From contig RSEE01000005.1 of NCBI GenBank assembly GCA_003971905.1, forward strand, positions 558,001 through 622,000: 64,000 nt of DNA, in the 5' to 3' direction. Below are positions 25,232 to 37,265 of this stretch, piece by piece. The translations under genes and the position numbers were made by a program. The notes under the pieces were generated by a model that ran no database searches, was not told the origin of the DNA, and worked only from the letters and a program-made list of their open reading frames with translations. The DNA comes from Moniliella sp. 'wahieum' (taxonomy: Eukaryota). Every line of letters begins with the position of its first letter. Position 1 is the stretch's first letter.

Positions 25232-26405
25232 TTACTCGAAGACAGCCTTGAGCTTGCGGGGGCCGAGGAAGGCGTCGGCCTCCTCGCGGGTCTGGAACTG
25301 ACCGTGGCCGTGCTTGGACGAGGTGTCGATCCACTTGAGAGCGACGTTCTCGAGCGCAGCACGCGAGGTGTGGTGGGCCATCGACTTACGGAGGGTCACC
25401 ACGCGCTTCTTGGTACCGGGGATGGAGCCCTTGAGAAGGACAAAGTCCGAGTTGACAATACCGTAGTGAGGGAAGCCACCCATGGGGGTGATGGCCTTCT
25501 TGGTGGCGTCGAACTCAGTCGAGCCAGAGCCCTCCTCCGAGCAGTGGCAATCCGGTAGATCTTCTTGTTGAGCTCAGTACGGTGGTGGTAGCCGTCCTGA
25601 CCAGCACGGGCGACAGTGAAGCGCACGTTGGCCGGGTGCCACGCACCAATGCAGGCAACCTTGCGGAGACACGGTGGGTCTTGCGAGGAAGCTTCTTGAC
25701 ACCCCAACGAGCCACGACACCCTCGTTACCGTGACCCTTGGTGATCGAGATGACGTCAACGATCTCGTTCTCGGCGAAGACCGACTTGAGGTCAACCGTC
25801 TTCTCGAAGTGCTCCTTGGCGAAGTCAACCTTGTCCGAGATCGAGCCACCGTTGACCTGGATCTCCATCAGGTGCGCCTTCTTCTGCTTCAGGCCAGTCT
25901 TGGAAAGCTGAGTGTGGGCAAGCACACGGACGACCGTGCAGTACTTGCGGATACGCTCGAGCTCCTTGCTGATCGAAGCACCGCCATCTTCAGAGTACTT
26001 CTTGGCGTAGGTAGTGAACGCCTTGCGCTTGGAACGGTACCAGTTCTTGTAGAAGCGACGCTTGACCTCCTCCGACAGGTGCTCAGCCCAGACAGTGGTG
26101 AGGGCGCGGAGACCCTTGGGCGTCTCAATGTAGCCAACGGCGCCGACCACAACAAGAGGAGGGGCCTCGACAACGGTAGCCGACTCGACAATCTCCTTCT
26201 TGTGCATCTTGGAACCAGGCCGCTCGAGCTCTCGCACAATGTGGGTCATGCCAGCCTTGTAGCCGAGGAAGGCGGTGAGGTGGACGGGCTTCTTGGGGTC
26301 GTCCTTGGGGAAGGCACGCACGCGGCCGCGCGGGTGCGCAGCACGCTTCCGGGGCAGGAAGGCCGTGCTACCGTGACGGGGGTGCTCGTACTTGCAGTGG
26401 GACAT
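25232..26405 (-). CDS. RPL3: 60S ribosomal protein L3 (uL3); intronless, two frameshifts
   Basis: [56 protein letters not shown](G)[35 protein letters not shown]. Confidence 0.97.
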
Positions 26406-27403
26406 GGTGCTTGGTGGTCGACGGAAGGAACAGGTCGGGGCTGCTCGGGCTTGCCCAAGGCGCCAACAAGCCAAGAGGGTGCATAAAGAATAGGGTTAGG
26501 TTGAACTACAGTGCCCCCCTGCGTGTTGCCGCAATTTATTTAATTACTGCGGCCAGCAGCAAATTAGGTGCCTTAGGCCTTATTTGAAACCAACAACATG
26601 GTGAGACGAGAACTGTGGACGAGCATTTGCCCCACATTGCAACAACGCAACTATGTCTCGTGCCCAACAGCACCTCCTTCAAACCCTCGGTTTGGACTTC
26701 GCGGCCGCTCCGACTGGGCAAACGCATTGTTATAACGTCCTTGGCGTACACTCATAAGACTCATGATGGGCATTCGTTCCCCTTCCCATGTAATGTCAAA
26801 GATTATTGCACGGACGAGAGACTGTGGCTTCTCCGAGGACGTCAGAGGAGAGACATTCGCGGTGTGTTAAAGGACTGAAGAGCCTCGAAAGTGTTTTTCG
26901 CTGCCATGACGGGATGACGCACAGAATGATCAAGAGCTCACTCTGTTCAAAACGAAATTGTCGTAGGCGCTAGTGGCATACGGACCAGAATACGGGCATG
27001 CTCGACAAGTGCAACCGTCTATCACTGCAGAGCGAACTACCCTCACCACTGCAATAGTATTAAAATCTCTCTTCATGAGCTTCGTATGCTACATAGTGCA
27101 TCCATCTCTACTCTATCGACGAAAAAATGCATATAAGGGTGAGGGGTGGGGGCAGTAGACATTCAGTCTATGCCACAGCACGCCAGTATAAGCAACACAG
27201 AATTGATGTAACATCAATACAGAGTGTAATCGGGTCAGGGGGATGTAAAAAGGTGTGCCAAACACAGCGGGGCCTCGGAGAGTACTACCAGCAGTGTGCT
27301 GCGGTATCGAGGGAGTATAGTAGGTTGCTCCATGAAATCGCGGGTGTATATAGGAGAGAGGTCGTGAAAGGGGTGAGTGAGAGACAGGATGCTCTACAAA
27401 AGA

Positions 27404-30400
27404 TTACTGAGTACTAGGCGAAACAGAGGAAGGGCTCTCTCGCGAGAGACGGTGGACGATTTGTTGGTGATGCGCCTGGAGTTGATGGTGATACTGCGCC
27501 TGGCTGTTCCCCTCCTTTGGCGATTTCTCCGAGATGGGAACGGTCGGACCGGGTTCAACACTGCGATCTGTATCGGTAGGGATGCATCCATCGGTGGAGG
27601 ATCTGCTGTCCCTCGGGACGGCCACAGCGCCCAGACTCGGGGTGAGCGGAGCCGATCCCAGGCCAGACATTAACCGGGCGATGGTACCAGGGGTTTGGGG
27701 GACAATTTCCATCGGGGTCTCTAAACCCAATCCTGACGAGAGTTCCATCGGCAGTAGATCACCAAGAGGCAAGTGGAACTCCCGCGACCAGTCCCCCATC
27801 TTGTCCATCTCACTCGATGGTGTGCCAGCCTTCTCCTCCGCCACCTCTCCTGGCACAGTCGCGGAGGTACCAGGGTCCTCTCTCTCGGTTGGGAATGTCA
27901 TATCCCTTCCTAACAGAGTTGGTGCCTGTTCTGGCGCTGCGGCCACAGCAGGGGATTTGGTAGTAAACTGAAGCACCACCGAAGCATTGTGCTGCGTCTT
28001 GACTAACGATGGAGGTGGTCGTGGGGCCACTGCCTGGGGAACAGAGCGCGATATTCCAGGGAAGGAGCGGGGGAATGAAGTTCGTTGGCGTTTTCCCGAA
28101 CGACGGCGTTCCAGATTGGGCACCCAGTCGTTCGCCTCGTCGCCATCGTCGTCATCGTCATCCTCAACAGCCCATTCGGTGTCCTTTTCATCAATCACAA
28201 CGCGAGGGCGAACCTTGTGGAAGCCAGAGATGGATCCGCGGCTGCGCCGGCCATGCAGAAACTCTTCCTTAGCTGGAGAAAGTGGAGAAGGTACCATCGA
28301 ATGACCCGGCGATGGTGGTTGAGGATGAAACAGACGCACGACGCGCAGTTTACCCGTGAGAGCCGAACCAGGGGAAAGCCCTTTAGCTGGAGAATCAGCA
28401 GAGGAACCGTCGGATTCGGACACGGCATAGGCTCCATCTGACCATCCAGGCACGGGGTCATCGTCCACCGAAATGTAGTACGGCGCCTTGTACAGATCTT
28501 CGCGGTGCCGAGCTAACCAACAAGGGTCAAACAGAGCGGCTGGCAACCGACGACCGCGAAGGGAATGGGGAATGTCCAAATCCAATGGATAATCCCGTCT
28601 CCACCGTCTAGGTTCGGTAGCGTCGCCTAGGTCAGGATCGACTGAAACAGGGACGCTTTTGCGCCTCCGTGTGCTCGAACCAAGGGTACGCATAGCCTGG
28701 CGATCGGCTGCCACATAGGCCCGGGTCAGGGCTGGATTGCGCCAGAGAGGGGTAACCGCTTCAACCCCCTTGGGCAAAGGTTTCTTGCCCCGCCGTCCCT
28801 TGGCACATGAGAAGGAAGAGGGCGAGCTATCTTCAGACAAGTCGAGGTGGCCGAGCTTGCGTTTCGTTCGGCGCGCCAAGATTCAATCGACATGCCATGC
28901 AGATCATCATCGCTTGCTGCGTCGTCGCTGTAGGCACCTGGAATAAGCAATTGGCGCGGGATGGGCTTGCGGAGACGAGCTGCGCCGCGTTCACGATCGC
29001 GCTGCTTCGTTTTAGCCCGTTCCAACATACGCAAACGAAACACCTTCTGTTCTGCCGTTTCGTCCGCTGTTTGCGAAGGTTCGGCTCGCACGCCTTGCCG
29101 AAAACCCGAGCGGGCACTGTCCAACAAGTCTTTCGCCACATCCTCCACATGACTGGGCTGGAGGACCCCAGGAGCCACGCCATACTCAAATGGCTGGGCA
29201 CGAGTCAAGGCATGACCAACACGGATCAGCTCGTTCATCAGCGCTGAATTGGTGCGGTAGTAGTCCTTGCTCTGAAAGTCAATGTGAAAGAGCCGATGCT
29301 CGGGAGTGACACCGAGTTGGGTTAACGCCCCCCGCCACCGGGCAAACTAGCTAGTGCAGCTGGATCAGGGTTGGGGTGATCCACCCATTCCACCACATCG
29401 TGCGTCGGTCGGTGAGCTGGCGGAACTCGGTTGTGTCCAGGAAGCGATACAGGTACACCCGCAAGTCACGCTGGATGAGTAAAACGTGTCAGTGGAAGAT
29501 AGAAGGCGGGAATAGGCAGGGGGGGGGGGAGTGCAGCGATAAACTGACCAAAAGTTTGCGGTTTCGATACCTCTTGTCGCTCGGTGCGATCTCTGTCACC
29601 AGCTCCGAGTCAAACTGGGGTACTGATGCGGACTTACGGTTTCGGCGTCCAGGGAAAGGCGGCATGGTCGTGGCACCAACCACATGCGTAGTAAGGATGC
29701 AGCATTACCCTGGGGGCACCAAAGTGGTAAGGAGCTGAGTTGGAGGATAGTGAGGGGGGTTGGTAGCCCGTGGGACCCGGTTGGAGCACCGAAGCTTGCG
29801 CGCTGGCTGGTTGGCTTAAAGGGAGTGGTCTCAAAGGAGACGGGGCGTTGACCGTTGAAGAATGGGCATCTCGCACGATACGAGAGTCTTGCGCTTGGTC
29901 AGGGGACGTGGCGGGCTGGTTGAACCAACTGGCCATATGAGGATGCAGGCCAATTACACTCGCCGGCATTCCCTCTAGTGCTGCAGACCCCCCACAGACG
30001 CGTTCGAACCTAACGTTGAAGCCGGACCCGAAACATTCCCCGCGTCCATACTGTTTGCTTGCATCGACGCTTGCGCAAACGAATGGATATGAGGCATCGC
30101 GTCATCTTGGCCTGAACTGAGTCGCCGATTGGAAGCCGCCACAGGGTGGTTGAAAGAAGGGAGGATCGACGCTGATTGGCTGCGCGACTTGAGCGAGTTG
30201 GCGAGTGCGGTTAGGTGCTGAGGAAGATGCAGTGTTCCGCCAAGTTGATGCTTGACCTGGTCATGTGTTGCAGTCGGGACAAAATGAGTAGGGTGGCGAG
30301 GGGGCGAAACTGTCATGAGTTGCGCACCCAGAGAGGTGTCATCGATGGAGGGCTGTCCCTGTCGAGGTGGCGGGGGCGCAGGCTGTTGAGGAAATTGCTG

Positions 30401-31191
30401 GTGGGGTAGAGGTGGGGCCGGGGTAAAGCCAGCAACGTTGTTGGGGAGCTGGGGAAGGTGATTGGAGGAGACGCTAGGGACCGAGTGGCGCTGGTGCGGC
30501 TGGTCGGGCAATTTCATGGAGGCCATCATTGTGCCAGCAGAGGGAGCAGGTACCATGCCCACACTCCCTGACCTGCTGTGGGCAGCTGACGAAGTAATGG
30601 CGCTTCCAGAAGGTGAGTCGGGCTGCAAGCTGGGAGAGCTAGCGTGCGAGTCGGTGGTGACGACCGAGCTGGACAGATGGGGCAGCGGCGGGGGGGCGAC
30701 AGGTGCATGTGACGGGGCGCGCACTCCCCACGAGGAGACGAATTGTTGCACCGAGAGTGGGCCAGAGTGGAAGTCTGGGCAGACGCAACGGTTGGGGCAG
30801 CTGTGGCCGCAGGAGGGGGGCGAGAGTCGAGGGGAAGAGAGAAAATCTGGTGGGTGTTCTCCTGGATGGTCCCCATGAGTTGCCGCACAGCCGCCTCCAT
30901 GGAGGCAACGTCCTGGGCAGTGAGTGTGCCATGGGCAATGCGTGCGGCAGCCATCTGGTTGGCCAGCGCACCCAGGTCGGATTGGACGGCAGCCATGATC
31001 CGGCAGCGCGAGAGGCAGCGTCCCAAGAGGGAGCTGCGGGGGCGTCCGGAGGCGGTGGGGCCTGGGCTTGCATGCGGGGGTCCAGCCAGGGGTGAGGGAC
31101 GTCGAAGGGGAGGGTGGGATGGATAGGCGGCAGTGGTACGTGAGCCTGCGTCTGGCATAGGGACATCCGAGACGGCGGGCATGAACGACAT
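27404..31191 (-). CDS. Large hypothetical protein with low-complexity Ser/Pro/Gln N-terminus; frameshifted, intron near 29470-29570
   Basis: Chain of long same-strand ORFs (30526-31191, 29975-31222, 29634-29969, 28726-29238, 27404-28879). Ordered core includes TPLWRNPALTRAYVAAD and RLPAALFDPCWL. Confidence 0.6.
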
Positions 31192-31761
31192 GGCGACGGG
31201 GGCGGTGCAGACGCGGATGCACCGGTCGACGCCAATAAAAACGCAGAGCTAGCTAGCTGGTGGGGGAGCCCAAGGTGCCCGACTGCAACCAGCGGCTCCC
31301 AAAGCCAGCAGATACGCGGCGCGCGCCGCTGGGTCTCAGTCGGTGATCTCACCCGTGACTTGGGCTGGGGCCGACGCGGGTGGGGGGCGTACACAGGCGT
31401 GGTGCGGTCGTTTGGCTGGCCGGCTCCGTGCTGCGTGCAACTAACTAACTAGCTAGAGCAGGCCAGAGCGTGCTGCAGCGGGAAGCTTGCTTGCCCTCGG
31501 CAGCCGTGCAGGCCGTGCTTGCACCGGGACCTGGCCACTAGGCACTGCAGCCGCAGGGGCGCACCATGTCTCGCCTGCTCCGTCACAGGTGGGGTGCCTT
31601 GCGGCCGCTAAGCCGCATCGGGCGGGGAGGGGGCAGTCTGGGACAGTCTGGGACAGTCTGGGGCAGCACAGGGCAGCCAGCATGCAGCACAGCAGAGCAC
31701 CGCGCGCCCGATTCAGTTCCCGACGGGGCCGGGGTGTGATGCCTGCCGGTGCATGTGCCTG

Positions 31762-32980
31762 TGACATGTGATGCATGATGCATGCATGGGAACACCCGAT
31801 GGGGTCTCTCGGCGCTACTCTTCAAGCTTCACTAGCTTCACTCCCCAGCGTGCAGCACCCGGGGCCCCGAAAAAGGGTCCCGATCCCCTTCTCTTGGAGA
31901 TTGAGGCATCGCTCCGATCTGGTGGCCTACGACGATATAGGGAAGAACTGTGGCTAGGAGGGCCCAGGGCTAGTCACTCGATATGGTCACTTGTCACTTG
32001 CAGCTTCAAGCTTCAAGTGAAGCTTCATTGTTCGCCACCGACCAGCCGGTATACTGTGTAAGAAGTGGTCCGGCCAGTTTGCGTGTGATCTGAGACACGC
32101 GCGTGACATTATGGGAATGCAATATGCACCTCCGATAGCTGAGCTGAGCACCAGGCTGACCGCGTGACGTATCGGTTGTGGCCTTGGGGGTTTGACGATG
32201 TTGACGCGGATGCGTGGACGTGTTGGGCGTGGGCCGATGGGGCCTGGGGAGCCTGGGGGCTGGGCCGGTTGGGGGGCTTGCTGGGGGGGCGATGGCAGGG
32301 TTTGGGAGTGGTGATCGATGATCGATGATCTCGGTGATCGTTGGCCTCTGTTAATCCGATCGGCCGCCGGCAGGCAGAGACTGATCTCTTGGCATGCAGT
32401 GGTTGCCTGCGATGGCTACAGGTATTGGACGCGCACGAGGTGTACGCAGGCGGCCTAATATTACCGGTACCGGTTACCACGGGCTTTACCCATTTGCCGT
32501 GCATCGCGTTTCCTGCACCCCACACCTGCTGACACATCCGGTCACCTAAGGCCAACACGTTATACATAGGATAGACAGGAGGTTTAACGCATACTGTGTG
32601 TGCTGTGTGGCCATCGTTCACCGATTACCGATCATGATCATCTCATCGATCTCAGATCTCATCCATCATCGAGATCATCGGCATTCTGTGATCTGTGGGA
32701 CCTGATGAGTATGAGAAGGGCCGGTACACCCATGCTCCATGCGTGTGATGCATGTGATGCACACATCCGAAAAAACGATGCAAAAGTGATGAACGTTGTG
32801 AACCAGTATCTCAAGATCTCATCACCAGAATAAGCGGGCCAACCAGCGTCAAGCATCCCGGATACCATCACCCTGAGTACCTTGAGTATGCCGTCGAGTA
32901 ACTCAGACTTAGTACTCTCACTCGCTGAACTCAGAGCTCAACCTCAGGCCTCACCGCCTCACCCTCACCGGTGCACTGAG
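31762..32980. repeat. Intergenic cluster of TNA/4-bp-palindrome heptamer arrays
   Basis: TGA-CATG-TGA-TGCA-TGA-TGCA at 31762, TCA-AGCT-TCA at 31822 and 32006, TGA-TCGA-TGA-TCGA-TGA at 32312, TCA-GATC-TCA near 32652, TCA-GGCC-TCA near 32944. Confidence 0.8.
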
Positions 32981-33355
32981 CCTGAAAGCAAAACGCCGCC
33001 ATACCAAGTAAAAGAGGGTATGCTAAAGGGTGTGACGCACAATCGGGGGGGAAGGTATATATCAACAGCTAAAATGGAGGAGAGATAGATGTTAAAACGG
33101 TTGTGTGGGCGAGATATGGGTGGTAAGAACAAACAAGAAGAAAAAAAGGAAGAATTGGTGTGCGTAAGCAAAACAGACAAACCACGGAGAGAGAGAGAGA
33201 GAGCACGCTGGTTACATAAGCTTAAGGGGGGTGGCAGAGAGGGATGACATCCACAAAGAGTCCAGCAGAGGAGCACAAGATCAAACGCAAGAGGCATGCA
33301 GAGTATTGGATGGAAGTTGAGAGACAGAGGTGGACTCGAAGGGGGGGTTGCGGGG

Positions 33356-36300
33356 TTACATAGCGATGCAGGTGCTTGGAATGGATCTGCAGGGTGTGCG
33401 CAGGGGAGGTGGAAAGATGCAGAGCATCAAGATCGTTGTGGGCACGGCGAGAAAAGTGGAGGTGATTGCGTGGTGTGCTGCGCACTAAGCCGACGCGACG
33501 CTCGAGGGCGAGAGATATGTATTCCATGCCGTTTCCCGGTTCCCACCGGCCTAGAAAGGCAGCAGGACGGTGTCCCTGAGAGTGATGAATGAGTGTTGGT
33601 GTGTTGAAGGATGCCAAGTCCTCGAGCGCTTCACTGCGAGAGTGGTACGTGTACTAGCCGGCTTGCACAGACTGGGCCTCCGTTGCTGGATTCTAACAAG
33701 GACGAAGGCAAAATAATGGTGGGGGGCAGGTCCGTCAGAATGGCGACGGGTGGAGTCAAGGCGTACCCGAGAGCTATGTTGATTTGGTGAATGATATCGG
33801 GCCGGTGTTGAGTGAAGACGCTGAGTTGAAGAGCTGCGACCGCGAAGCCGATGATTTCTTCGTGCAGAAGGAGTAAAGTCACTACCCGACTCGACCCATG
33901 ATTCGGGATGGAGGCATCGAGTGGAGGCGCCGAAGTACTTAGCCGTTGCAAAGACACGAGGGGATGCAAGGCAGGGCGCCCGAGCAAGGCAACGCCGGTG
34001 GCACCTAGCCCACACTTGGAACGCATAGAAGCGAGTCCGACATGGGCATAATCGCCTCAAAGCACACGCTGCACTCCAAGGATTGGCTAAAGACGGCACG
34101 GATGAAGTTGTGCTGTTGCACAGCAGGTTCCGTAGTTGATACCTGGGAGGGTTACGAAGACGAGTGTCGCTCGCTTTAAGCTGAAGATTGTCAGGGAGGT
34201 AAGAGAAGCTTGGCCCCTGCCAGGCTCTGACATGGATGGGTGCCGGGTGAGGGGTGTAGTGGCCACAGGTGAAGTAGGGGGTCCAAATGTCACTTGAGAC
34301 AAACGGCGAGCTTCGGATGAGATGCGATGCAGGGCCGGTAATGAGTTTTGGGCCACCCTTGGGTCACTGGTCCATACTTGGTCAACCAAGGGTGCGTACA
34401 TAGATCGCTGGCAATGGGACGGTCTGTAGGTAACTTGGAAAAACAAGACATGAGAAACTTGGTTAGGTCCTCGGATATATCTGAGGGCAGGGGAGGATGA
34501 GAATCGGTTACGATCTTATACAGAGCCTGCATAGAGTTGAGTTTTGCGTAGGGAGGATGCCCTGTCAACATTTCGATCACCAGACACCCCAGAGACCAAA
34601 TGTCACTCGCTTTTGAAGCCCCTTGTAGCGAAACAATTTCGGGTGCCATCCAGTACGTGGTGCCATCACTTCATGAGCATGGGAAGGCAAATTCACCGAC
34701 CAACGAGAGACGCCAAAGTCGGTTAGCTTAATATTTCCCGACTTGGTGGTCAAAATGTTGGCTGCTTTCAGGTCGCAATGGATCACACCCGCTTCATGAA
34801 GGTAGCGTAGACCATCAAGAATCTTCAGTGTGTACGTGGCCACGAGCGGCTCTTGGAAATGTCCGAAGGACCGTAGCATCTTCAGAAGCGAACCATTTTC
34901 AACATACTCTGTCACAATGCACAGATGGTGCTCTATCTTGACTGCGCCATAGTACCGCACTACGCTCGGGTGACTCAAACGCTTGAGCATGTCAACTTCT
35001 TGAGAAAGCGAGCGAGCCTCCTCCTGGTCCTTTCCCTTAAAGGGGATTACCTTGACCGCCAGTGTCTGGCCTGTACGCATCTCAAGTGCGACGTAGACCA
35101 CACCGTATTGCCCCCGCCCAATGGGTTTCCGGCCCAGGGTCTCGGCAAGGTCAATCAACCACGCGGTTCACAAACAAATTTCACGATCAGTCCATCTCAG
35201 TTTCTTCAAGAAAGAAAAGAGGAGGGGGACGTACCAGTGACAACGAAGAACCGTTCGCCTGCTGAGGGTCGAGATTTAGGGGGTTATGGACGAATGATCC
35301 CAACGAGCTGGAATCCAAGTCGGAAACAGCCGAAGACTTGGTTGTGCCCGATGAGACATGATGCGGGCGAGGAGAAGGAATGCTGGCCGTAGTATCAGAA
35401 TTGCGCCGGAGCTGATGAGGGGCAAGTTCGTCCAGAGTCCGGGGAAGAAATGGGTAGCAGAAGCACCCAGATGTCCGGATTCCACATCTCCCGTTGTACT
35501 AGTACTGTCAGATACTGCCCTTGGACATTGACCCTTCCTTCTTCTTAGGGGACGAGAGACGCTTAAAGCGCAGATTGCCCTGCCTTCCCGGATTGAGAGG
35601 GGGAGACGAGGAGAACGCAGTGCCAGATAGGTGAGAAGTGGAAGTTCCAGTCCTTTTGAGAGGATGTGAAACCTCGTTTAAACTCCCCTTGCTCCATTAT
35701 TCTTCCCGTTCCGTACTCCTTTCTGGTCCGATGTCATGGGCAACAAATACGATGGGTGAGGGAACGGAACCGACGATGTATCTGAGGGAAAACAACGGAG
35801 ATGCGCGACAGAGGTTGCCATCGATGGCGATCCAGTCATCGATGGCTCCACCGGAATTGCTTCCTGGGCAGATGGACTAGAAGTTGGCTCCTCCATTGAA
35901 TGGGCCTGAGGAGGGTGTTTCCCAAAGCAGGATCCTGTGGCAGCTTGATAGTTGATAGAACTGTGGGGTGAATCGGGTTCTTCTTTGAGACTTGTCAAGA
36001 CCATTTCTGTTTTGAGTGTCTCGCGACGCTCATAGGTCGTACCAGTAGAAAAGGGGGTAGCAGCTGGTCGAAGAGGTAGCAAACTGGGGGCCAATCCCAT
36101 CTGAGTCACCTCAGTGCTGGAAGTGGAACGGTGGACTTGACGATTAATGGCCCTGCTAGACCTGTTTCCCTGGATTCCCATGGGCAAACCATCGGCAGAG
36201 CCCGGTAGCCTTGATGGCTCGCTGGCACGGATCAATTCGGACACGGTTGGTTCCCTGTCCGATGTGGGGAGACCAGTACTACTGCTTGGACCTGCTACTG

Positions 36301-37265
36301 CATTCGATCCAGTAGTGGCATTACTCACTGCGCTGCCGGCTCGTCCTGGGGAAATGTCACTGGCGGACCGAGAGAAAGTGGTGATACTGCTCCGGCGAGA
36401 GGGATTGGACATGGGACAGAAGGATCCTCGCTTTCCCTTCCCACATCCAGAGAGACCGGGGTGTGCTTTGAGCTACTGGTGTGCCACACGAAGGTGACGG
36501 ACTTACTAGATATGGACTGTTCTCACTAGAGTGGTCTGAAACTTTGCGGAGGAAACTGGAAACCCTCCGGCTCATCCGCTCCTCACCGCTCCCAGGAAGT
36601 GGAGTCGGATTGGTAGAATCAGTAGAACTGGTGCGTGCGTGAATGGAATGACGGATGCGATCCACCAGTCGAGCCGGGGGTTGGCTAGAATCTGCCTTGG
36701 AACTTGGGGGACTGGTTGAAGGGTTTTGGACCCGAACTCGGTTGCCAGAGGCGAGGTCGCGCATGGCTTGCTCTCTTTGGCCGACGGCCTCGCCGGAACG
36801 GAAAAGCTCACTTGAGCTAGGTTGGTAACAGTCCACGTCTTCCTGAACCCAAGAGACGGTTTCAGAGTCTTGGATATCGTATTATTTCTGCTATTCTGAG
36901 AATTGTTCGCTGACGATGGATCCAGACCTTGGAAATCTTGTCGCCCACGATATGAGAAACGTGCGAACGAGGCACCGGCACATCTTGTGATTCACCATGC
37001 GATTGCACTTGTCCTCATCCTGACGGTGGTGCGAGCGCGGATGAAAGAAACGATGAAGAGCTTGACCCTTTCTAGTGGGAATGTCGATAGGAGCTGAAGG
37101 GCGATCTGTGGTTAGGCCTGGGGGACCCGGTGAATAGTTATCCCCAGAATCCAACACGCACCGGGGGGCGTCTCGTCGTCCGAGAAGATAATACAAGCAG
37201 AATGAGGGCGTGAACCAGTGGAAGGGGTGCGGGAGCGGGGAAAGCAGCTGCGCATTTCAGGCATG
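33356..37265 (-). CDS. STE-group Cdc15/Cdc7/SepH-type Ser/Thr kinase with long disordered N-terminus, C1 zinc finger and probable CaaX end; frameshifted, both ends inferred
   Basis: GRGQYGVVY..GQTLAVK, EYVENGSL, HCDLKAANILTTKSGNIKLTDFGVS, WMAPEIVSLQGASKASDIWSLGC..TGHPPY..QALYKIVTDSHPPLP (about 34370-35140). Downstream HNFIRAVF..CSVC..C..C..CHRRC; TGC ATC GCT ATG TAA (CIAM*) at 33370-33356. Confidence 0.85.

Noticed and set aside
25091..26486. Long plus-strand ORFs opposite RPL3
   Set aside because: Antisense shadows of strongly biased codon usage.
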